In this document: positions 39,589 through 51,169 of the stretch, piece by piece
How positions within the stretch are numbered: the stretch's first letter is position 1
How the letters are laid out: each line of letters begins with the position of its first letter
Assembly (NCBI GenBank): GCA_038087875.1
Contig: CM075988.1
Span: 4,588,001-4,652,000, forward strand
DNA from: Malacoraja senta
Taxonomy: Eukaryota
Length of the DNA: 64,000 nt
Direction of reading: 5' to 3'
Program-made: the position numbers and the translations under genes
The notes under the pieces: generated by a model
The model's database searches: none
What the model saw: only the letters and a program-made list of their open reading frames with translations
Told to the model about the DNA's origin: nothing

Positions 39589-40671
39589 AAAACATTGATC
39601 ATGCAAATTCATACATTTAAATATCCCCAAATCAACCAAAACTTTAGCATTTGCCAATTCCTATTCACACTCAAACGTTTAGTTAGGTTTACAGCGTGGA
39701 AATAGGCCCTTCGGCCCACCTGGTCCGCACCGACCAGCAATCCCTGCATATATTAACACTCTCCTACACGCACTAAGGACATTTTTTTTTTACATTTACC
39801 AAGCCAATTTACCTATATACCAGTACGTCTTTGAAGTCCTGATTCTTTCCTTGGTTGGGGTTGGCCTGACTCATACTGTGTTCAATACAAACTGACCTGA
39901 TATCCCACAATTATAACATTCTTTACTGCCCACAAGTCCTATGGGCTGATTTTAGTTTATGTACACTGATGAACCTACGTTTTCATGGCCTATGAAAACT
40001 TAAGTATCGCATTGAAATTATTCTTCACTGGGAATCTCATCTCCAGTTGAGGACCAATTCCATCCTGATACAGAGAGTTGTGAGTCTGTGGAATTCAATG
40101 CCTCAGAGGGCGGTGGAGGCCGGTTCTCTGGATACTTTCATGAGAGAGCTAGATAGGGCTCTAAAAGATACCAGAGTCAGAGGATAAGGGGAGAAGGCAG
40201 GAACGGGGTACTGATTGGGGATGATTAGCCATGATCACATTGAATGGCGGTGCCGGCTCGAAGGGCCAAATTGCCTACTCCTGCACCTATTGTCTATTGT
40301 CTAAATGCAGGAACATCTTCACGTTTTTATGCGGGTTTGCCTGTCCTCAATTTTCACCACAAAGATTCTTTCTGCATCGTTTTCTACTTCCCCCCCCTGG
40401 TTCCTGCTTCAGCAGGGCTATCCTAACCCAAGAAGACACAAAGTGCCGGAGCAACTCAGCGGGTCAGGAAGCTTCTCTGGAGAACATGGATTGGTGACGT
40501 AGAAACAAATAAACTGCAGATGCTGCTCTATACCAAAGATAAATACAAAGTGCTGGAGTAACTCAACGGGTCAGAAAGCATCCCTGGAGAACACGAATAG
40601 GTGTCATTTCGGTTCGGGACCCTTCCCCAGAGATGCTTTCTGACCTGTTGAGTTACTCCAGCACTTTGTGT

Positions 40672-40898
40672 TGTAGCGGCGCCTGCTGGCGCCCGCAGGT
40701 ATTGAACCAAGCGTTCGGAAGCCGCGGTCATGTGACTCGGGAGGGGCTGCTGTTTTCGCGCGGTTTCGCTTTCGCGCCACAGTTGTGTTGCTGACCACCG
40801 TTGTGGTCGGACGTGTTTGTGAAGACCTGTAAGCCAAAGAACTATTTCTTGAATAAATAAGTTCACAAAACCTGGTTGCCGTCTTTACATCCGCCAAA
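40672..40898 (+). mobile_element. Solo LTR
   Basis: Starts TGTAGCGG, ends CCGCCAAA (decayed CA end); AATAAA at about 40852; 4-bp TSD GTGT inside a pLTR repeat. Confidence 0.7.
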
Positions 40899-41445
40899 GT
40901 GTCTCCTTTTGTAAACCAGCAACATTATCCTAACCCAGTTTGGTGTGCCCCTCACTGCTAGATCCCTGTTGTGTGACCCAGGTCCAGTCTTGGATATTCC
41001 GTGGCTGAGATGCCCACGCTGCAGGTGCCACTTTAATCTCTACTATCAAATGAAATCATCAGTGGTAACTCTGAGGTAGTGAAGGGTCTCGACCCGAAAT
41101 GTCATCTATTCCTTTGCTCCATAGATGCTGCCTCACCCGCTGAGTTTCTCCAGCTTTTTTGTCTCCCTTTGATTTTTCCAGCATCTGCAGTTCTTTCTTA
41201 AACAGTGGTAACTCTGAGGCTCTTTTAACTCAGCTACTTCTTTCGCAGCTGGTAGAGCTGCTGCCGCACAGCGTCAGAGACCCGGGCTCGAGCCTGACCT
41301 CGGATGCTGTCTGTGTGGAGTTTGCATATTCCATCGGTCCCCTTGTGGGTTTCCTCCGGGTGCTCAGTTTTCCTCCACATCCCATAGACATGCGGGTTTG
41401 AAGGTTAATTGGCCCTTTGTATATTGCCCCTAGTGGGTAGAGTAA

Positions 41446-41675
41446 AGGGCCTGTTCCACTTGGGCGTCATTTGCGCATCACGCAGATGGCGCGCGAAGAT
41501 TTTGTGCATACGAAAATCCTGGGGCACCGCGCACGACCGCGCGTCACTGCCTACGTCACCACATACCATGCATGCGTAATGCGCACTATGCGTGCATCAC
41601 GTGCGCAGAACAACGCTTGCGGCGTGACGCATAAATGATGACGTGTAAATTACGTGCAAATGACACCCAAGTGAG
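41446..41675. mobile_element. Harbinger-type MITE with damaged right end
   Basis: taa AGGGCCTGTTCCACTTGGGCGTCATTTGC ... GCAAATGACACCCAAGTG. Confidence 0.65.
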
Positions 41676-42133
41676 TCTTTTGCTCAGTGATAGGTGGTTC
41701 CAGGTGTTCCTTCCTCTGACATTTTTTTTAATTCAATTTTTATAAACATCCAGTATTGTTTGTACTATAGATCCATGAGGTCCCAATTTGATCTCATTGC
41801 ATATGCCGCAACCTCTTATCACCTTTGGGTTTTTATGCAACACAAGTTATTATTGTGTCTCGTTTCTCTCCATCACGTCCCTGAGGATCCGACCAGTCCA
41901 CATTAGTGCCTGACATCTGATCTCGCACATTCATCTTGCCAAGCAAAGTCACCTCGTGTTCATCGATATATGTGTGCCAAGGCAATGCAATCTTGAAGTT
42001 CAAGTTCAAGTTCACATTTATTGTTACATGCACCAATTGGTGCAGTGATATTTGAGTTACCATACAACAGAGAGGGCAAAGACCTTTATCATTCAAAGAT
42101 AGACACAAAATGTTCGAGTAACTCAGCGGGACA

Positions 42134-42790
42134 GTTTCAGTTTAGTTTATTGTCACGTGTCCCGAGGTACAGTAAAAAGCTTTTGTTGCGTGCTAATAGC
42201 CCTGTCCCACGGTACGAGTTCATTCCAAGAGCTCTCCCGAGTTTAAAAAAAATCAAACTCGTGGTAAGCATGGAGAATGAACGTAGAGGGTACGTCGGAG
42301 CTCGGGGACGTCTCATAGCGGCTCGTAACGCTAACGGCAGGTACTCGGGAAGACTCGCTAAAGGCAGGTAAGCACGGGAAGACTCGTGAAGATTTTTCAA
42401 CATGTTGAAAAATGTCCTCGAGAGCCCCGAGTACACACGAGTGGCCATTACCGTAAATCTCCGAGTTCGAATCAGGGCAAACTCGGGAGAGCTCTTGGAA
42501 TGAACTTGTACTGTGGGACAGGGCTTTAACCAGTCAGCAGAAAGACCACGCATGATTACAATCGATCCATTTGTAGTGTATAGATACGTGATAAGGGAAG
42601 CCAGCAGAGTCTGATCAAGGATAGTCAGTGGGTCATCAATGAGAGAGATAGATAGAAGTTTAGCACTGCTCTCTAGTTGTGGTAGGATGGTCCATTTGCC
42701 TGATAACAGCTTGGAAGAAAGTGTCCCTGAATCTGGTGGTGTGTGTTTTCACACCTATACCCTTTGCCTGATGGGAGAAGGGAGAATGAG
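42134..42790 (-). mobile_element. Rex1-type 3' end (related copies at about 23240-23390, 25790-26085, 54030-54310)
   Basis: KTHTTRFRDTFFQAVIR; AATAAA(CTAAA)n; interrupted by a MITE. Confidence 0.65.
42197..42526. mobile_element. PIF/Harbinger-type MITE (same family as 37932-38248)
   Basis: TIR GCCCTGTCCCAC/GTGGGACAGGGC; TAA TSD; empty site matches the uninterrupted host repeat at about 23295-23320. Confidence 0.9.
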
Positions 42791-43309
42791 AGGGGGGAAG
42801 AGGGAGTGGGGGGGAGCATCTCTCAATAGAAGGATGCTTTGGGTCGAGTGCAAGGGTCTCGACCCGAAACGTCACCCATTCCTTCTATCCAGAAATGGTG
42901 CCTGTCCTACTGTTACTCGAGTATGTTGTGTTTATCGCTGGTGTAAAACCTACCTCTGTGGTTCCTTCTTACATATTTCCTTTGTCACTCAATAGAATAT
43001 ATTGGGGGGGGCGGGGGGGGGGGGGCGAGGTTCTAGTACTTGGCATCCTGGAAATAATATTGACCAGAAATTCAACTAAAACAGCTACATAAATCTTGTA
43101 TCTGTCCAGGTCTCGAGCACTGTGAGGCAGCAGCTCTACTAGCTGTGCCACAGTGCCATCATTACACCACAGCACTATTTATTTTGATTAGGGTTGAAAC
43201 GATTTGGATGAAAAGGCTCATCTCCAGTGTTACCACTTAAACAAGGCAGGAGAGACTGATGCAACTCAATGGACACATTAATAATGAAGATAAATTAATT
43301 TGAGTCTTG

Positions 43310-43945
43310 AAGTTTGGAGTATAGAAGTCTGGAAATATTGTTGCATTTATATAAGATGTTGGTGAGGTTGTATTCAGAGCATTGTGTTCAATTTTGGTCA
43401 CCATGTTATAGGAAATGTTGTGAAGCTGGAAAAGCTGCAGTGAAGTTTTACGAGGATGTTGCCAGGACCCGAGGGCCTGAGCTATGGGGAACGGTTGAAC
43501 AGGATATGACTCTATTCTTTGGAGCACAGGTGGACGAGGGGTGATCTTACAGAGGTGTACAAAATCATGAGAGGAATAGATTAGGTGGACGCACAGGCTC
43601 TTGCCCAGAGAAGGGGAATCGAGAACCAGAGGTCATAGGTTTAAGATGAGGGGGGAAAGATTTAATGGGAACCTGAGGGGTTACTCCAGTCATAATATCT
43701 TTAGGGTCTCACAAGAGTTTTTCACAGAAAGGGGGATGGGTGTATGGAACAAACTGCCAGAGGAGGTAGTTGAAGTAGGCACTATTGCAACGTTTAAGAA
43801 ACATTTAGACAGGCACATGGATAGGACAGGTTTAGAGGGATATGGGCCAAACACAGGCAGGTGGGACTAGTGTAAATGGGACAGGTTGGTCGGTGCGGGC
43901 ATGTTGGGCTGAAGGGCCTGTTTCCATGCTGTATGACTCTATGAC
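43310..43945 (+). mobile_element. CR1/HER1 LINE 3' part
   Basis: LYKMLVR..CVQFWSP..GVWNKLPEEVV. Confidence 0.9.
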
Positions 43946-45884
43946 TTTAAATTAAGTCAACATGCAAATTAGTAACAAACAGATTCCATTGTGGACATGA
44001 ACAGATTTAATCTCGGCTTGAAACAAAAGGTCAAATATTTGGCATGGTGATACTGTGTCTGTCAAAGTTGTATCCAGCAGTTTGTGCGCTAATAGACGAT
44101 GGTGTGACATCAGAATCCAATTGCAATGTGGCTGAGACTGTGAAACAAAATTCCCAATGGGCACACCTGGCACGGGATGAACTGTGCCATTGTTATCAGT
44201 GGCTAGTTTATAGTTACAACCTGGAAACAGGTCCTTTGGCCCACCAGGTCCGTGCCGACCAGCGATCACCCCGTACACTTGTTCTAATCTATACACTAAT
44301 GTCAATTTACTGAAGTCAATTAACCTACAAAACCGTACATCTTTGGAATGTGGGAGGAAACCGGAGCAACTAGAGATAATCCACGTGGGACAGCATCCGA
44401 GGACAGGATCGAACCCGGATCTCTGGCGATGTAAAGCAGCAACTCTACTGTTGGGCCACCGTGTCACCAGTGGAGGAGATTGGTGGCAATGTTCCATTGC
44501 TATATCCATATTTGCTTTAAGTGTTTGAGTATATTTAAATAGGTTGCATCTATTACTGGGTGGTAGAGCTGCTGCCTCACCGCGCTGGGGACCTGGGTTA
44601 AATCTTAGCCTTGGTGTTGAATTTGCAAGTTCTCCCTATGATCGCTTGTTTTTCCTTCGGGTCCTCTGGTTTCCTCCCACATCCCAAAGACAAGCAGGTT
44701 TGTCTGAGAAAGGGGCATATCATAGAACTAGTGCGAACGGATGATCGATGCTCAGTGTGGTCTCAAGTGGGCCGAATGGCCTGTTTCCATGCTGTGTCTT
44801 TCAATTATTCAATGCAATCGATCTTTTTGTTCATTTATGTTATTTTTTAATGATTTTGGAAAGCTTTTAACAAGCCTTGACATTTAGAAGTGTTAAGAAG
44901 CGCAGAAAATGTTTTGTCAGTGTTAATGTGTAGTTGACCCAAGAGTTTCCCAACCGTTGTGTAGTGGAGGTTCTGATTCTGGAACTAACCACATGATAAG
45001 GTTGGTAGCACAGACCCTGTAAGGTCTGGAAGCTGAATTACTATGAAAACACAAACTACTAGTGCTATAAAACCAGGATAACCACTCAACCAAGAAATTT
45101 GTAATTGTAATTGTAATTAATTTATTAGCAAAGTATGTAAACATACAAGGAATTTGATTTGTCATACAAAAAAAGCAACAAGTTTCAAAACCACATAAAA
45201 ATGAAACATAAACAGCCACCACAGCGGTGTGTGAGAATCCCCAGGACACACAGCATAAGCGGAGACCCACAGCTATCAGTTCAATGTCCGGGCCACACAC
45301 ACACGCTCCTTCACCGTGATGTGACCAGAGTTGTACCGACCGCTGTCACTCTCTCTGCAGTCCCTGTCCCCCCGAACAGTCAGAAAGCCGTCCACACTCG
45401 CACTAGACTCCGGGATGTCCTCATGGAGCCTTGTCCCCGCAAAACACTGAGATCACTGCGCTCACGGCACTCCCTCCGATTCCTCACCAGTGCGGGCAGC
45501 ACGTCCATCTTGTTTCTTTGGCATTCCTCACTGTGATGGAAGGCAAAACTTATACCTTCTATCCTCCTTTTCTCCCACGATCGGGGCGATCGAAGCTCCT
45601 GCGGCCGCTCCAGACACTTCCAAGCCGCTGAGGACTTTCCACCCGATGCCGGTGTTCCAGCTTCCCGGCGGGTGGGGCCTATAATCATCGGGCTGCCGTT
45701 GCGGCGACTGGCTGCGGAGCCCTCAAACTGGCCCCGACCTCGGGTGGACTAGGAGGAGGACTGGACATTTAGGTGCCTTTCCCTCACAGTGGAGAGTGTC
45801 GACTCTGCTGTGGGGGGGATGTTCATGTTGAATCTCTAATAGTGTGTCGTGTCTTTTTTATTATACCTTTTTTACTTTTTTAGT

Positions 45885-46299
45885 TGAAGCTCAGAGGGGA
45901 CCGTGCCTTTGCTGTGTCGGCACCCAAATTATGGAACGATCTGCCTCTCCACATTAAACAGGCCTCTTCTCTTTCTGTTTTTAAATCACTTCTTAAAACC
46001 CATCTCTTCTCCGTGGCCTTTGATACCCAGTAAGATGTCGACTTTATTTACTTGATTTAATTTCTAATTTCTTATTTTGATTGCTTTTATTGCGTGGCTA
46101 TTATTTTTACTCATGTTTTATGTTTTTTAATATATTGTTGTATTTCATATGTAATTTTTGCGCCTCATGTGAGCTGTTATGTTATGTTCTGTTATGTTGA
46201 ATGTTTATGATGTCTTGTTTATTCTTCTGTACAGCACTTTGGTCAACATTGGTTATTTTAAAGTGCTTAACAAATAAACTTGGATTGGATTGGATTGGA
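45885..46299 (+). mobile_element. L2 LINE 3' end
   Basis: KLRGDRAFAVSAPKLWNDLPLHIKQASSLSVFKSLLKTHLF; 3' stem-loop and (TGGAT)n tail. Confidence 0.85.
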
Positions 46300-47849
46300 G
46301 TGACGAAGCTCCTGTGGTTGGAGCTCCCGCAGTCAATCCCTAACAAAGGGACCGCCAGCTCCACGATGTTAAAGCCGCAATGCAGACTATGATATGATGA
46401 GAAAATCACATCTCCGTCGAGGAAAGAGATAAAAAGTTTGAAGCCTGATATCATCAGCAATGTTCAAATGAAGCCCAAAATAATACACGTGGAGTAAATA
46501 TTTCCCGATAGTCCAGTTAAGTTTAGAGATACAGCGTGGAAATAGGCCGCTTGGCCCACCCGCGCCGACCACTGATCCCTGTACACTAGCACAATCCTAT
46601 GCACTAGGGACAATTTACAATCTTTACCAAAACCAATTAACCTACAAACCTGCACACCTTTGGACTGTGGGTGGAAACGGGAGCATCCGGAGACAACCCA
46701 AGCAGTCATAGGGAGAACATACAAACTCAGTACGGACAGCACCCGTAGTCTGGAATAAACTCAGGTCTCTGGCACTGTAAAGCAGCAACTCTACCACTGC
46801 ACCGCTAAATATACATGCATTATATATGTGTACATGCATCATAAGGATTATACGCAGGCAGATAAAAGTTGGTCTTTGCATCATGTTTGGCACAGACATT
46901 GTGGGCCAAAGTGTCTGCTCCTGTGCTGTACCGTTCTACACTCTCTGATTGATGAGGGTAGGGCAGTGAATATTGCTCACAGGGATTTCAGCAAAGCTTT
47001 CGATAAGGTCCCTCATGGTAGACTAAGCCAGAAGATTAACGCTGGTGAGCACTTTGGAGAATTGATATTTGTATCCAAAATTAGCTTGACCATAGATGAC
47101 AGAGGGTAGTGAGGGCAGTCTGAGGAAGGGTCTCCACCTGAAACGTCACTTATTACTTCTATCCAGAGATGCTGCCTGTCCCACTGAATAACTCCATCAT
47201 TTGTGTCTATCTTCGAGTTGTGATGGCGGTGTTTTAATCTGCTGTTCTGCAAAGATCTGTGCTGGGAGCACTATTGTTTGAGATATTTTTCTATAGATGT
47301 ATATGGTGATTGGTAAGCGCAGAGAACACAAACATGAATGGTGCTGTGGATAATGAGGGAAGTTTTTTAAAGGATTCAGCAAGATATCGACAAGATGAAA
47401 ATGTGGTCAGAGAAATGGAGAATGGAGTTTCATCCAGACATGTGTGAGGTATTACATATTGGAAGGTCAAATGCAAATACAGAATAAATGGAAGGATCTT
47501 TAGAAGCATTGGTGTAGAGAGGGGGGCAATGTGTTTTTTTCATTTTAGTTTTTCGTTTTTGAATTGCAGCGCAGAAAGAGGCCCTTCGGCCCAACGAGTC
47601 CGCGTCTACCAATGATCCCCACACAGGGACATATTTTACCGAAGCCAATTAACCTATAAACCTATAGCTCTTTGGAGTGTGAGAAGAAACCAGAGCACTC
47701 GGAGAAAAAAAACATGCGGTTACAAACTCTGTATAGACAGAACCCGTGGTCAGGATCGAACCTGGGTCTCTGGCACTATAAGGCAGCAACTCTACCACTG
47801 TGTCACCGTGCGTCCCTATTGTCAAATTTAGGAATGAGAAAGGGGCAAT

Positions 47850-48180
47850 CTATAGACAATAGACAATAGGTGCAGGAGTAGGCCATTCGGCCCCTCGAGC
47901 CAGCACCGCCATTCACTGTGATCATGGCTGATCACCACAATCAATACCCCGTTCCTGCCTTCTCGCCATAGCCCTGACTCCGCTATCTTTAAGAGCTCTA
48001 TCTAACTCTCTCTTGAAAGCATCCAGAGAATTGGCCTCCACCGCCTTCTGAGGCAGAGAATTCCATAGATTCACAACCCTCTGTGTGAAAAAGTTTTTCC
48101 TCATCTCCGTTCTAACTGGCTTACCCCTTATTCTTAAACTGTGGCCCCTGGTTCTGGACTCTCCCAACATCGGAAACATA
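47850..48180 (-). mobile_element. CR1 LINE 3' end
   Basis: MFPMLGESRTRGHSLRIRG..FTQRVVNLWNSLP. Confidence 0.9.
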
Positions 48181-48396
48181 TGTTTTGTAAAGCCTCACTC
48201 GTCTTTCTCTCCTCCTTCAGACCAAACTCCATTTGTCAAGTTTTTGTTCACTGCCCTTCCTACCACTTTCCTGCGTGGGGAATGGATGAGAAAGTGGGAT
48301 AACGTGGAACTAGTGTGAACGGGTGATCGATGGTCGGTGTGGACACGGTGGGCCAAAGGATCTGTTTGCATGCCGCATCTTTAAACTAGTGGTAGT

Positions 48397-48574
48397 GCTT
48401 CTTCATCTTATCGAGCCCACACACAAGATTAGAAGTTGTTCAGCCTGAGCTGAACACACTTCTCGGCATCTGCCTTCAATGGTGTCTGCCTTGCGCTTCT
48501 TGTGCTTCTTGTACGTGGTGGTGGAAAGATTGGTGGAAACAGGGCTGCGACGTGAATGCTCTTTCCTTGACCCC
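48397..48574 (-). mobile_element. Short non-autonomous retroposon, family B (Vingi-like), with 5' HDV-like ribozyme
   Basis: TSD agtggtagt (48388-48396 / 48575-48583); minus strand starts GGGGTC AA GGAAAGA GCA TTCACGT CGC AGCCCT G TTTCCA C CAA TCTTTCC; AAG tail. Confidence 0.8.
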
Positions 48575-49119
48575 AGTGGTAGTTCTGTACCCACCACTAC
48601 CACCTCCTCTGGAAATTGTTTCCATCTACCTACCACCCTCTTATTGAAAGATTTGTTCTTCAGGTCCCCCTTTAAATCTTCCCTTCTCATCTTAAATTTA
48701 TGCTCTTCAGATTTGGGTTATCCTCCCCTAAAGAAAAAAACTGTGGCTGTCTACCCTGTCTATACCCCTCATCCTCTGATAAGCCTCCTTAAGTTCACCT
48801 GTCACCCTCCTTCACTACAGGGAAAACAGCTAGCATATATGCTCATCACTTAAGTTCTGCATCAATGCATGGTACAGAAGCATTATCCAATATAGAGCCC
48901 AGTTTAGTTTAGTTTAGTTTAGTTTAGTCTAGTTCAGAGATACAGCGCGGAAACAGGCCCTTCGGTCCACCGAGTCTGAACCGACCAGTGACCCCCGCAC
49001 ATTAACACTATCCTACACACACGAGGGACAATTTACATTTATACCAAGCCAATTAACCTACAAGCTTGTACGTCTTTGGAGTGTGGGAGGAAACCGAAGA
49101 TCTCGGAGAAAACCCACGC

Positions 49120-49472
49120 TGTCACAGTCTGTCCTCTCCTGCCTGCCTGCCACTCCCCTCTCATCAGCCCAACTCTCCTCACCTGTGGCACTCAGTTGCC
49201 TCTGATCACCAATTAATCCAGTATATAGACTCTCCTCACCGTTCACACAGTGCCAGATTGTTCTCAGCATTCATGCAAGACTCTCCAGCGATTTCCCGAC
49301 TGCCTACAAGGATTCGAACCTGCCTGCCCCTCTTCGGAACCCTCGCTCAATCCTGAGTCTCTGTGTGAGTACGGTGTACCCATTCCTGTGTTACAGTATC
49401 GGAATAAAGTTCAGTACCAACTATACCTGCCTGATTCTGTGCTGCTATCGGGTCCAAGCTATCCCCGTTACA
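49120..49472 (+). mobile_element. Solo LTR (Gypsy-like)
   Basis: TGTCAC...GTTACA ends; TATA-like at about 49222; AATAAA at about 49403; 5-bp TSD CACGC inside a SINE. Confidence 0.9.
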
Positions 49473-49994
49473 CACGCAGGTCACAGGGATGACGTACAAA
49501 CTCCGTACAGGCAGCACCCGTAGTGGGGATCAAACCTGGGTCTCTGGCGCTGTAAGGCACGAGCTCTACCACTGTGCCCCGTGCTGTTGTTGCCATTTTT
49601 GATCGCACTTCCATTCTGCTTTGAATTAAACCTTTAAGATTTGTGTGGATGAAAGTTGTGGCAAAGTGCGAAGTAGGCAAGTGTGAATGAGGATCCGTGC
49701 AGTGACATTTTAGAAGCTGATCATTGGATCAGTTTATCCTAGAGTCATTTGTAGTCTTACAGCATGGAAACAGGCCCTTCAGCCCAACTTAACCGCACTG
49801 ACCAACATGTCCCATCTACACTACTCTCACCTGCCTGCATTTGGCCCATATGCCTCAAACCTATCCTAACCATCCTAACTTGTCTAAATGTTTCTTAAAT
49901 GTAATAGTACCTGCCTCAACGACCTACCCAATTTCCACGTACACAGATCCATTATCTAGAATGTGTTAGTGAGAATTAGAGGGAATTGTGTGTT

Positions 49995-50470
49995 CATGCT
50001 GGAAAGGGTACAGAGAAGATTTACGAGGATGTTGCCAGGACTGGAGTGTCTGAGCTATAGGAAGAGGTTGAGCAGGCTGGGACTTGGAGAGCAGGAAGAT
50101 GGGGGTGATCTTATAGAGGTGTATAAATCATGAGAGGAATAGATCGGGTAGATGCACAGAGTTTGTTGCCCAGGGTAGGTGAATGAAGAACCAGAGGACA
50201 TAGGTTTAAGGTGAAGACAAAACGTTTTGATATGAATCTGCGGGGTACCTTTTTCACACAAAGGGTGGTGGGTGTATGGAACAAGCTGGCAGAGGAGGTA
50301 ATTGTGGCAGGGACAATCCCAATGTTTAAGAAACCGTTAGACAGGTACATGGATATGACAGGTTGATGTAGACCAAATGCGGGCAGGTGGTACTAGTGTA
50401 GCTGGGACATGTTGGCCAGTGTGGGCAAGTTGGGCCGAATGGCCCGTTTCCACATTGTATGACTCTATGA
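49995..50470 (+). mobile_element. CR1/HER1 LINE 3' part (other fragments at about 2240-2700, 40075-40300, 46945-47520, 48590-48850, 49745-49930, 53760-55650, 59180-59345)
   Basis: Similar to 15100-15700 and 43310-43945. Confidence 0.8.
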
Positions 50471-51169
50471 CTCTGACTTGTACCCTGAATCTGGCTCTCA
50501 CATGGGGTATAGTTGTTCTCTTATATACGGCTCAGAATGGGACAGACACAACGAAAAACTCATAGAGTAGTGCTTCGTTTCATCAAAACCTTAACAATAC
50601 TCACTGGGAAACACTCTGAGAAAACACAAAGCATTTCCAAGATTCAAAGCACCCACAGCCTCACTATCATTGTTGTTTGTTTTTACTAGTACATACGCGT
50701 GAGCGTGCGTGTGTGTATAAATATATATGTGTGGGTGTGTGTATATACACACACTGAACTTTATTTCTCGTTTATTATATTGTTTACAGTGTACTATGTT
50801 TACATATTCTGTTGTGCTGCTGAAGTAGGAATTTCATTGTCCTATCTGGGACATTTGACAATAAAACACTCTTGACTCTTGTCTTATCTCATGATCAGTT
50901 TTATTGCCCTTAAGGCGATGAGTATATCACAGTGAATTTGAATCATTTTTAGATCAGATCCCAACTGAGGAGGAATTTCTACACAAAATGCTGGAGTAAC
51001 TCAGCGGGACAGGCGGCATCTCTGGAGAGAAGGAATGGGTGACGTTTTGGGTCGAGACGCTTCTTCAGTTGTTTGTCTTCTATGACAAGCATTCTTCTAG
51101 GGCAGGTTTAAAGGGATATGGGCCAATGTGGACAGATGGGACGAGTGTGGATGGGTCATATAGGAGGGT

